In this document: one piece after another, positions 1 through 7,366 of the stretch
How the letters are laid out: each line of letters starts with the position of its first letter
How positions within the stretch are numbered: position 1 is the first letter of the stretch
Assembly (NCBI GenBank): GCA_902774185.1
Contig: CACYHE010000001.1
Coordinates: 108,332 to 140,331 of the forward strand
Source: an uncultured Bacteroidales bacterium
Lineage (GTDB): Bacteria > Bacteroidota > Bacteroidia > Bacteroidales > Paludibacteraceae
Direction of reading: 5' to 3'
Length of the DNA: 32,000 bases
Translations under genes and position numbers: made by a program
Notes under the pieces: model-generated
The model's database searches: none
The model's input: the letters and a program-made list of their open reading frames with translations, nothing else
What the model was told of the DNA's origin: nothing

Positions 1-100
1 CGGTGTTGAACTGCGCGTGGCAAGTTGAAAATTGAAAATTGAAAATTGAAAGGAAGATGAATAGGAATAATCCTTTCACCTTTAACCTTTCACCTTTCAT
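1..100 (-). CDS. N-terminal end of a secreted protein or lipoprotein gene that runs off the left edge; only the signal peptide is visible
   Basis: ATG (minus) at 98-100 opens MKGERLKVKGLFLFIFLSIFNFQFSTCHAQFNT..., which is open to position 1. It has a basic n-region, a hydrophobic h-region and a C/AxA-like cleavage context. It is absent from the ORF track because it is under 60 aa in the window. Confidence 0.5.
   Translation of the reverse strand, partial: MKGERLKVKGLFLFIFLSIFNFQFSTCHAQFNT
25..52. repeat. Heptamer tandem array ttgaaaa x4 (sense/minus strand ttttcaa)
   Basis: Read directly: ttgaaaa ttgaaaa ttgaaaa ttgaaag. It encodes the h-region LSIFNFQFS of the partial CDS. About 30 nt match array 16228-16255 with 1 mismatch. 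Confidence 0.95.
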
Positions 101-130
101 CCTATGTGTCCTTTCACCTTTCACCGTTCA
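72..130. repeat. Heptamer array cctttca, 4 + 3 units split by a 10-nt spacer (sense tgaaagg)
   Basis: cctttca cctttaa cctttca cctttca / tcctatgtgt / cctttca cctttca ccgttca. The start codon of the partial CDS sits at the spacer edge (98-100). Confidence 0.95.
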
Positions 131-132
131 AC

Positions 133-2445
133 TTACTTACATCCTTCATTGGGGTCGAACCATGCCGGGATATTGAAGTTCTCTTCGGGATCGTATCCTA
201 AATCGGGGTCATTGAGCACTTTCTGCAGATAGATCGCACAGATAGGCAGGGCAGAGTTGGCACCCTGACCGTATTTCATGGCGTCGAAGTGGATCTGATA
301 GTCCTCTCCGCCGCACCATGCACCGGAGACGAGAGACGGGGTGAAGCACATGAACCATCCGTCCGCATTCTCATTGGACGTACCAGTCTTACCACCCATC
401 GGCGCTTTGATACCGTATTTATACCGCATACGGATACCCGTTCCGACGGTATTGGTGACGCTGTCTTTGCCTAAGACGGACTGTAACATATAGGTCATCT
501 TATAGGCGGTCGTCTCGCTGATGATCTCATGCGTCTTGGGCGTGAAGGAGGCTATGACGTTTCCGTTACTGTCTTCAATACGCGTCACGTAGAGCGGTTC
601 GGTTCGGATACCTTTGTTGGCAAAAGTGGTATATGCGTCCACCATCTCTTCCACACTCACCTCACACGGACCCAGACAGAGCGACACGACGGGGTCTATC
701 TGCCCTTTGATACCGAAGGACCGCATCAGTTTGACTAACTGCTCGGGCGTGTAGAGGGACATGATATAAGCAGACATCCAGTTGGATGATATCTGAAGAC
801 CCCATTTGAAGTCATGTATCTCGTACTGGTGTTCGGCGTGCGTGTCCGCCGGGGTCCATATACTGTCGTTTGGCAGCACGAAGGAGACGGAGTCATAGAC
901 CATCGAGTCGCAGGGCCACATGCCTTCGTCCATCGCCAGAGTGAAGAGGTAAGGCTTGACGGTAGAACCGATCTGACGACGACCTTTGGTGGTCATGTCG
1001 TACTGGAACTGCTCGAAGTTAGGTCCGCCCACATAGGCTTTGACGTGACCCGTATGGGGATCCATCGACATGAATCCGCAGCGCAGGAAACTCTTCTGCC
1101 AACGGATCGAGTCGTAGGGTGTGAGCATGGTGTCCACCATGCCTTGGTAAGTGAACATCCGCATCGGACGGGGTTCGTAGAACGTGCGCAGGATCGAGTC
1201 ATGGGCAATGCCGGCTTTCTTCATGAGGCGGTACCGGTCGGTCTGCTTCATGGCTTTCTCCATCGTTGCCTGCATGTCGAAGGCATGGGCTCCTTTGCCT
1301 AACTGTTTCCGGGAGGGTTCGGAGAAAGGTGCATAGCGTTTGCGTTTCAACTCATTGTCGAAGTCTTTCTGCAGCGCACTCATGTGTTCGTTCACCGCCT
1401 CCTCGGCGTAACGTTGCATACGCGAATCGATGGTGGTGTAGATCTTCAAACCATCCTGGTAGATATCGTATTTGGAACCGTCGGGTTTGCGGTATTTCTC
1501 GCAAAAACCATAGAGCGGATTATTCTCCCATTGCTGCTTATCGATGCTGTACTGCAACTTGTTCCAAGACGGATAATCGCTCTCACGCGGTTCTTTGGCT
1601 GTAAGTGTAAGTCGCAGATACTCACGGAAATAAGGCGCGATACCTTGTTTGTGATCGACGGAACTGAAATGCAACTCCAGCGGTAAGGCAGACACGGAAT
1701 CACGGGTTGCTTCGTCGATATAACCGTACTTCGCCATCTGACTGAGGACGGTGTTCCGACGGTTCTTCGCCCGCTCCGGATGACGACGGGGGTTGTAGTA
1801 CGAAGGGTTCTTACACATGCCCACTAACATTGCCGATTCTTCGATCTTGAGGTTCTTGGGCGTGGTGTTGAAGTAGATCTTGGCCGCCGACTGGATACCT
1901 ACGGCATTATAGAGAAAGTCGAACTGGTTGAGGTACATCAGCAGGATCTCATCCTTGGAGTAGAGTCGTTCCAACTTGGTAGCGATGACCCATTCGATGG
2001 GTTTCTGCATGGCGCGCTCCATGGTGTTGTTGGCACGCGGTGACCATAACTGCTTGGATAACTGCTGGGTAAGCGTACTGCCACCACCGGCTTTACCCAT
2101 CTTCATGATGGCACGGAACATGGATTTGAAGTCGATGCCGGTATGGGTGTAGAAACGGGCGTCTTCGGTAGCGATGAGCGCCATGATGAGCGTGTCGTTC
2201 AGGTCACTGTACTGCACGCCGACACGGTTCTCGTACCGGTAATAACGACCCAAGGACTGATGGTCCGACGAGATAATCTCGCTGGCGAAGGTGTTCTTCG
2301 GGTTCTGTAACTCCTCCAAGGGCGGTAAGTAACCCAATGCGCCTTTGGTGATGAGCCACATGATGAGCCAGACGGCCACTATTCCTACTACGAAGATACT
2401 CCAGAACCAAATCAGGAATTTCTTATACCACGGTTTCTTCTCCAT
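133..2445 (-). CDS. mrcA: Class A penicillin-binding protein 1A (bifunctional transglycosylase/transpeptidase)
   Basis: GT51 motifs EDARFYTHTGID, GGSTLTQQ and RKxxE-like are present, as are transpeptidase motifs STVK, SSN and KTGT. I chose the start at MEKKPWYKKF (ATG 2443-2445) ahead of the TM helix. The 2446-2610 extension in the ORF track overlaps hemW and has no PBP-like sequence. Confidence 0.93.
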   Translation of the reverse strand: MEKKPWYKKFLIWFWSIFVVGIVAVWLIMWLITKGALGYLPPLEELQNPKNTFASEIISSDHQSLGRYYRYENRVGVQYSDLNDTLIMALIATEDARFYTHTGIDFKSMFRAIMKMGKAGGGSTLTQQLSKQLWSPRANNTMERAMQKPIEWVIATKLERLYSKDEILLMYLNQFDFLYNAVGIQSAAKIYFNTTPKNLKIEESAMLVGMCKNPSYYNPRRHPERAKNRRNTVLSQMAKYGYIDEATRDSVSALPLELHFSSVDHKQGIAPYFREYLRLTLTAKEPRESDYPSWNKLQYSIDKQQWENNPLYGFCEKYRKPDGSKYDIYQDGLKIYTTIDSRMQRYAEEAVNEHMSALQKDFDNELKRKRYAPFSEPSRKQLGKGAHAFDMQATMEKAMKQTDRYRLMKKAGIAHDSILRTFYEPRPMRMFTYQGMVDTMLTPYDSIRWQKSFLRCGFMSMDPHTGHVKAYVGGPNFEQFQYDMTTKGRRQIGSTVKPYLFTLAMDEGMWPCDSMVYDSVSFVLPNDSIWTPADTHAEHQYEIHDFKWGLQISSNWMSAYIMSLYTPEQLVKLMRSFGIKGQIDPVVSLCLGPCEVSVEEMVDAYTTFANKGIRTEPLYVTRIEDSNGNVIASFTPKTHEIISETTAYKMTYMLQSVLGKDSVTNTVGTGIRMRYKYGIKAPMGGKTGTSNENADGWFMCFTPSLVSGAWCGGEDYQIHFDAMKYGQGANSALPICAIYLQKVLNDPDLGYDPEENFNIPAWFDPNEGCK

Positions 2446-2459
2446 ATAATTGTTGTTTT

Positions 2460-3536
2460 TTAGTCTCTCATTAAATCTTCTATAATGCGGTTGAGCAGAT
2501 GGATCCCTTGCTGCGTAGCGATGACGCGGTTGTTCTTTATTTGCAACAAACCGGCTTCCAATAGGTCGTCGATGTCCCCGTCTATATCTTCCCTTGCCAC
2601 ACCTTGGCATGTTCGTAAACCCAACATTATGTGTTCGTTATAGCGGTCGGTTTCGGTGAGGGTCTCTTGTTCCCGAATGAGTGTCCCGTCTTCGATGCCG
2701 CGTATGTAAGCATCCAAGTCATCGGGGTTCCAACTGCGTACATTCCTTATATAACTATGCGCGCCTGCGCCCACGCCTACGTAGGGGGTGTTGTTCCAAT
2801 AACTGCCGTTATGCTGCGAGGCGTATCCGGGTAAGGCGAAGTTACTCACCTCATAATGGACGAATCCCGCCTGCTGTAAGCGCTCACACAGATAGTCGTA
2901 CATCGCATTCTCCGTGTCCTCGTCGATCGCCTTAATTCGTTCATTCATTAATTCATTATACAAGGCCGTACCGGGTTCGTACATCAAGCCGTAACACGAT
3001 ATATGTCGGATGCCGAGTGTCAATGCGGTCTCGATGTCCGCTTTCCATTGGTCCATCGTCTGCGTAGGCAAGGCGTATATCAGGTCGATGGATATATTGT
3101 CCAAGCCTGCTTCCTGTGCCATATGTACGGCATCGATGGCTTGCTGTGCATTATGTCTTCGTCCAATCAGTGTCAGCAAGTCATCTTGGAAGGACTGTAC
3201 GCCCATTGAGAGACGGTTGACACCCAAAGCACGCAAACCCTGCAGGTATTCCTTCGTGACATCGCCCGGGTTGACCTCCACCGTATATTCCGCTACCTGA
3301 TCCCTATTCAGCACGTGGTTAATACGGGTCATCGCTTCCAAGGACAAGGTGCTTGGCGTTCCGCCGCCTATATAGATCGTGCGGATCGGTTCGCCTGCTT
3401 CGTCCTGCCGTGCTTTTATCTCTTGGACCAATGCCGATACATACGCGTCCTGCCGCTCCAACCGGGTGGTGGAGAAGAAATCGCAATACAAGCAGCGCTT
3501 CTTGCAGAACGGAATATGTATATACAGACCGGACAA
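2460..3536 (-). CDS. hemW: Radical SAM heme chaperone HemW (HemN-like, coproporphyrinogen III oxidase family)
   Basis: The N-terminus MSGLYIHIPFCKKRCLYCDF carries the CxxxCxxC radical SAM motif, and a HemN_C-like tail follows. The start codon at 3534-3536 is TTG, the first start after an in-frame TAA. Confidence 0.9.
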   Translation of the reverse strand: MSGLYIHIPFCKKRCLYCDFFSTTRLERQDAYVSALVQEIKARQDEAGEPIRTIYIGGGTPSTLSLEAMTRINHVLNRDQVAEYTVEVNPGDVTKEYLQGLRALGVNRLSMGVQSFQDDLLTLIGRRHNAQQAIDAVHMAQEAGLDNISIDLIYALPTQTMDQWKADIETALTLGIRHISCYGLMYEPGTALYNELMNERIKAIDEDTENAMYDYLCERLQQAGFVHYEVSNFALPGYASQHNGSYWNNTPYVGVGAGAHSYIRNVRSWNPDDLDAYIRGIEDGTLIREQETLTETDRYNEHIMLGLRTCQGVAREDIDGDIDDLLEAGLLQIKNNRVIATQQGIHLLNRIIEDLMRD

Positions 3537-3570
3537 TTTATGATTTATGATTTATGATTTATGATTTGTG
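3536..3570. repeat. Heptamer array atttatg x5 (sense cataaat)
   Basis: atttatg x4 followed by atttgtg. It fills the hemW-rarA junction and contains the rarA TAA stop (3559-3561) and its last 3 codons. It abuts the hemW TTG start. Confidence 0.95.
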
Positions 3571-4782
3571 CCAAAACTCTGTGCCGACGAGTTCATCGGG
3601 TAAGTACTGCTGCGCTACCCAATGGTTCGGGTAATCATGCGGGTACAAGTACCCGTCGGCGTACCCGAGATCTTTCATCAAACTCGTCGGAGCGTTACGC
3701 AGGTGTAAGGGAACGGGTAGGTTACCCGTCTCACGCACTTTAGCCAAGGCATCGTCGATGGCCAAATAAGCGGAGTTATCTTTCTTGCAGGTAGCCAGAT
3801 AGATGGTTGTCTCTGCCAAGGGGATACGTCCTTCGGGCCAACCGATCTTATTCACCACATCGAAGCAAGTGTTGGCGAGTAACATCGCATTGGGGTTCGC
3901 CAAACCGATATCTTCGCTTGCCAGAATGACGAGTCGCCGTGCAATGAACTTCGGATCCTCCCCGCCTTCTATCATGCGTGCCAACCAGTAGATGGCAGCT
4001 TGCGGATCGCTACCCCGAACGGACTTGATGAAGGCAGAGATGATGTCGTAGTGCATCTCGCCGTCCTTGTCGTACGCGACGGGGTTCTGTTGTAACTGTT
4101 TGGTGACCGTCTCATTATCAATGATTTTCGCACCGCTGTTACTTACCAGTTCGATGATATTGAGTAGCTTGCGTGCGTCACCTCCACTATACCGCAAGAG
4201 TGCCTCGGTTTGTTTGACTTCGATATGAAGCGAACGGATGATCTCATCTTTGGTGAAGACGCGGTTGAGCAGTTCCATCAGGTCCTCTTTGTCGAGCGAC
4301 TTGAGGACATAGACCTGACACCGGCTGAGGAGCGGGGTGATCACTTCGAAAGACGGGTTCTCGGTCGTGGCACCGATAAGGGTGATCGTTCCTTCTTCCA
4401 CCGCACCCAAGAGGCTGTCCTGTTGGGATTTGGAGAAACGGTGGATCTCATCGATGAAGAGGATGGGGGAACGACTGTCCGCAGGCGCAAAGAGACCGCT
4501 GTTGATGGACGCAGTGCGTTTGGCTTTGTCAATGACGTCCCGTACTTCCTTCACGCCGCTCGTGACCGCACTGAGGGTGTAGAAAGGTCGTTGCAGTTGG
4601 TGCGCGATGATACGGGCAAGGGTTGTCTTACCTACACCCGGAGGTCCCCATAAGATGAAACTGGCGATATTTCCGCTCTCTATCATCTGACGAAGGATGG
4701 CTCCTTGTCCCACCAAATGGCGTTGACCTATGTATTCGTCCAGCGTCTTCGGACGCATGCGTTCTGCTAATGGCAAACTCAT
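3559..4782 (-). CDS. rarA: Replication-associated recombination protein A (AAA+ ATPase RarA/MgsA)
   Basis: Walker [10 protein letters not shown], Walker [11 protein letters not shown] and an MgsA_C-like C-terminal domain. ATG at 4780-4782. Confidence 0.93.
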   Translation of the reverse strand: MSLPLAERMRPKTLDEYIGQRHLVGQGAILRQMIESGNIASFILWGPPGVGKTTLARIIAHQLQRPFYTLSAVTSGVKEVRDVIDKAKRTASINSGLFAPADSRSPILFIDEIHRFSKSQQDSLLGAVEEGTITLIGATTENPSFEVITPLLSRCQVYVLKSLDKEDLMELLNRVFTKDEIIRSLHIEVKQTEALLRYSGGDARKLLNIIELVSNSGAKIIDNETVTKQLQQNPVAYDKDGEMHYDIISAFIKSVRGSDPQAAIYWLARMIEGGEDPKFIARRLVILASEDIGLANPNAMLLANTCFDVVNKIGWPEGRIPLAETTIYLATCKKDNSAYLAIDDALAKVRETGNLPVPLHLRNAPTSLMKDLGYADGYLYPHDYPNHWVAQQYLPDELVGTEFWHKS

Positions 4783-4815
4783 TTATGATGTACGATTTAC
4801 GATGTACGATTTAAT
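4781..4815. repeat. Heptamer array with a 14-bp super-unit (atttacg atgtacg)
   Basis: atttatg atgtacg atttacg atgtacg atttaat. It contains the rarA ATG (4780-4782), the recN TAA (4797-4799) and the recN C-terminal residues LNRTS. Confidence 0.95.
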
Positions 4816-6377
4816 AATTCCTTGGCGGTGCTAAGCGCAGCTTCTGTGGTTTGTTTTCCACTCAGCATGGTTGCTATCTCTGTGATACGTTCTTCGTTAC
4901 TGAGACGGCTTATGTGGGTCTCGGTACGTTTATCGGTATCGGCTTTATATACTTTGTAATGGTGGTCACCGAGTGCCGCTATCTGCGGCAGATGGGTGAT
5001 GGCGATGATCTGTCTGTGTCCCGCCATCTCCCGCATGATCGATGCCATCTGGGTGGCGATGTCGCCGCTCACACCGGTGTCTATCTCATCGAAGATGATA
5101 GTCGGCAGACCTTTGGTTCCGGCTATCAGTGCTTTGACACAAAGCATGAGTCGGCTTATCTCACCGCCGGATGCCACTTCGCTGACGTTGCGCAGGCTCT
5201 GGTTGAGGTTGGCGGCAAAGAGCAGTTGTACTTCGTCGCAACCACGTGGTGTAAAGTCTTCGGTGGCAAGGATGGGGATCTCCACTTTGGCATGCGCTAC
5301 ACCCAAACGGGTCAGACCGTTTATAAGACTCTTGCATATCTGCGGTACAACGGCTTTCCGACTCTTGGTCAAGGCATCCGCTGCTTTGCGCAAGGCGTTC
5401 TTCTCTTTCTCCACCTGTTTCTGTGCCTGCTCGATATCGAAATCGAAGGAGTCAAGTCGGTTGACCTGTTCCGCCAATTCATCCCGCATGGCGATGAGTT
5501 CGTCGATCGTCTGCGCACCGAACTTATGCAGCAGGTCTTCCAGTTGCCCGATACGCTCTTCCACCCATTGGAGTCGGGCAGGGTCCATCTCGATATGATG
5601 TAACTTCCGCTCTGCCTCCTCGGCGATGTCTTGCAGTTCGATCCGGGCACTGTCGATTCGTTCCTGCAGGTCATTTGCCGCTTCGTCCAACCGACAGGCA
5701 CGCAGTGCTTCGATGGCGCTTCCTTGTTCGCCGTTCAAGGCAGAGATAGCCGTCTCTAAGGCGGCACGGATCTCTTCCGCATGACTGAGCGTGTATTGCT
5801 CTTGCTCCAGTTCTTCCAACTCGCCGCTTTGCAAGTCGGCATCGCTCAATTGCTGGAACCGATACTGGATATAATCGGCATCGGTCCGGCTTTTCTTTGC
5901 CAAGTCCTGCAGATGTCGCAAGGCTTCGCATGCCTTTGTATAACGCTCGTATTGCGCCGAATAAGTATCTACAAGCGCTTCGTTCTGCGCGATAGTATCT
6001 ACGATATCCAACTGAAAATCAGCATTCTCGATGAGCAGGTTGGCATGCTGCGAATGGATGTCAATGAGTCGGGTAGCCAGCACTTTGAGTTCCTGCAATG
6101 TCACAACGCTGTCATCAACGAAGGAACGACTCTTGCCGTTACTGTACAATTCCCGACGGATGATACAATCGGAGAATTCCGCCTCGATGATACATTTGTC
6201 TTCGCCGTCGGTGATGACCTTACTGTCCGCCCGGGCACCCAAGACCAATGCCAAGGCACCAAGAATGATACTCTTACCGGCTCCGGTCTCACCTGTCATG
6301 ACGGAGAAGCCATCTTCAAAATCAATATTCAGATGACTTATCAGCGCGTAGTTCTGTATGTGTAAATGCTTAAGCAT
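4797..6377 (-). CDS. recN: DNA repair protein RecN
   Basis: Walker A GETGAGKS, a long coiled-coil middle, SGGE signature and Walker B IIFDEIDTG. I chose the start at MLKHLHIQNYALI (ATG 6375-6377). The track start at 6386 is a TTG inside the repeat array. Confidence 0.92.
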   Translation of the reverse strand: MLKHLHIQNYALISHLNIDFEDGFSVMTGETGAGKSIILGALALVLGARADSKVITDGEDKCIIEAEFSDCIIRRELYSNGKSRSFVDDSVVTLQELKVLATRLIDIHSQHANLLIENADFQLDIVDTIAQNEALVDTYSAQYERYTKACEALRHLQDLAKKSRTDADYIQYRFQQLSDADLQSGELEELEQEQYTLSHAEEIRAALETAISALNGEQGSAIEALRACRLDEAANDLQERIDSARIELQDIAEEAERKLHHIEMDPARLQWVEERIGQLEDLLHKFGAQTIDELIAMRDELAEQVNRLDSFDFDIEQAQKQVEKEKNALRKAADALTKSRKAVVPQICKSLINGLTRLGVAHAKVEIPILATEDFTPRGCDEVQLLFAANLNQSLRNVSEVASGGEISRLMLCVKALIAGTKGLPTIIFDEIDTGVSGDIATQMASIMREMAGHRQIIAITHLPQIAALGDHHYKVYKADTDKRTETHISRLSNEERITEIATMLSGKQTTEAALSTAKELLNRTS

Positions 6378-6379
6378 TT

Positions 6380-6409
6380 CTTTCAACTTTCAACTTTAAA
6401 CTTTCAACT
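6380..6409. repeat. Heptamer array ctttcaa x4 (sense ttgaaag), recN leader
   Basis: ctttcaa ctttcaa ctttaaa ctttcaa ct. Positions 6379-6409 are identical (31 nt) to 9024-9054 inside aroE. Confidence 0.95.
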
Positions 6410-6410
6410 G

Positions 6411-6436
6411 ACAGAATCAATTTCCGTTGATTCTGT
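6411..6436 (-). terminator. Perfect 10-bp stem / 6-nt loop hairpin spanning the DUF4835 stop codon
   Basis: acagaatcaa (6411-6420) and ttgattctgt (6427-6436) are exact reverse complements. The TGA stop at 6417-6419 lies inside the stem. There is no U-tract. Confidence 0.35.
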
Positions 6437-7343
6437 CATACGTTGCCTGCCGGGTGGCATCGATATCCATCAGCAGGTCATACACTGTTTTCTTCTCTTT
6501 GTCCGTTCCTTTGCTGAAGATATCCACCAACTCATCGGCTTTGGCGTCCAGGAAAGTGTTGATGACGTAGGTAGCGGGACGGGAACGATAGGCCTCTTTG
6601 AGCACCGGAATGCCTTCGGCGATACGTGCTCTGCCGTTGGTGGCATTGGCACTCATCTCGTCCAAACCCAAACGGTGGTACTCGTAATAGAAATTGCGGT
6701 ATTTCTTGAAAGACTCATCCAAGAGGTTATTAATCAGCGCGTAACGGTTTCGGTTACTGTTAAACGCCGTCCATCCTTTCTGTTCCTTATCGTCCATGCT
6801 CACACCTTGGCAGAGGGTGACGATCTGTTCGCATTGCTGGAAGAACGGGGTGCCGCCTAAACGCTGAAAACTATCGCAGTCATGCCCGATGATGAGATAA
6901 CAGTAGTACGCCAACATCGCCGTGAGGTTGGTAGAGAATGTGTTCTGCTGCCACTCGATGCGGTCAAACTCCTCGTACGTGAAATTGAAGTTTTCATCCC
7001 GGAAGTTGAGGAGCGGGGTGGTGTAGGTCGTGCCAAAGACGGGACGACGGCTCTGTAGTGTCATCTCGCAAAGGTACAGGTTGTCCTGCACGGCTTTTAC
7101 AACAAGTAACATGCTGCACTCGATTTTCTCATGCTCCGCAAAGGTCATGTTGGTCCATCGGTTCTGGTTCATGTACTCTTCGATGGCGGTCTTGAGGGTG
7201 GCAAAGGCCTGTTTGTTCGAACCCTCTATCTGATCCGAGTTCACCGTGACCGTGCATTTGAGTTCCTGGGCATGAAGGGGAGCACAGAACACAGAACACA
7301 GAACACAGACCGATAATGCTATGTATCTAAATTTTAAAATCAT
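6417..7343 (-). CDS. DUF4835 family protein (PorD-like), secreted
   Basis: Signal peptide MILKFRYIALSVCVLCSVFCAPLHA/QE followed by a VTVNSDQIEGSNKQAF...NQNRWT block typical of DUF4835. Its position next to recN is the usual Bacteroidota synteny. The family name is from memory. Confidence 0.8.
   Translation of the reverse strand: MILKFRYIALSVCVLCSVFCAPLHAQELKCTVTVNSDQIEGSNKQAFATLKTAIEEYMNQNRWTNMTFAEHEKIECSMLLVVKAVQDNLYLCEMTLQSRRPVFGTTYTTPLLNFRDENFNFTYEEFDRIEWQQNTFSTNLTAMLAYYCYLIIGHDCDSFQRLGGTPFFQQCEQIVTLCQGVSMDDKEQKGWTAFNSNRNRYALINNLLDESFKKYRNFYYEYHRLGLDEMSANATNGRARIAEGIPVLKEAYRSRPATYVINTFLDAKADELVDIFSKGTDKEKKTVYDLLMDIDATRQATYDRINGN
7283..7310. repeat. Heptamer array cacagaa x4 (sense ttctgtg)
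   Basis: cacagaa x3 followed by cacagac. It encodes VCVLCSVFC, the h-region of the DUF4835 signal peptide. Confidence 0.95.
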
Positions 7344-7366
7344 AAATCTAAAATCTCAAATATCAA
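7325..7366. repeat. Degenerate heptamer array atctaaa-type x6
   Basis: atctaaa ttttaaa atcataa atctaaa atctcaa atatcaa. It spans the DUF4835 start (7341-7343) and the junction to the DUF4831 stop. Confidence 0.8.

Noticed and set aside
25-130. CRISPR array interpretation of the tandem repeats, here and at the other array loci
   Set aside because: The units are 7-8 bp and directly abutting, with no unique spacers. The arrays are under 70 bp, and no cas genes are present.
2446-2610. N-terminal 55-aa extension of the PBP1A ORF in the track
   Set aside because: It is an arginine-rich sequence that overlaps the hemW 3' end. The conserved PBP N-terminus (a cytoplasmic KK-rich stub plus a TM helix) begins at the ATG at 2443-2445.
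4851-6365. Several plus-strand ORFs of 190-250 aa (4851-5603, 4996-5598, 5781-6365)
   Set aside because: They are antisense to recN, whose Walker A/B and signature motifs fix the coding strand.
7283-7310. Classical slipped-strand phase variation (contingency loci), because a 7-nt unit shifts the frame
   Set aside because: The arrays have only 3-5 units and most contain a variant unit that would damp slippage. Several sit in essential housekeeping genes (aroE, and the ends of recN, rarA and folA), where ON/OFF switching is implausible. This is not excluded for the signal-peptide arrays, and population data would be needed to test it.
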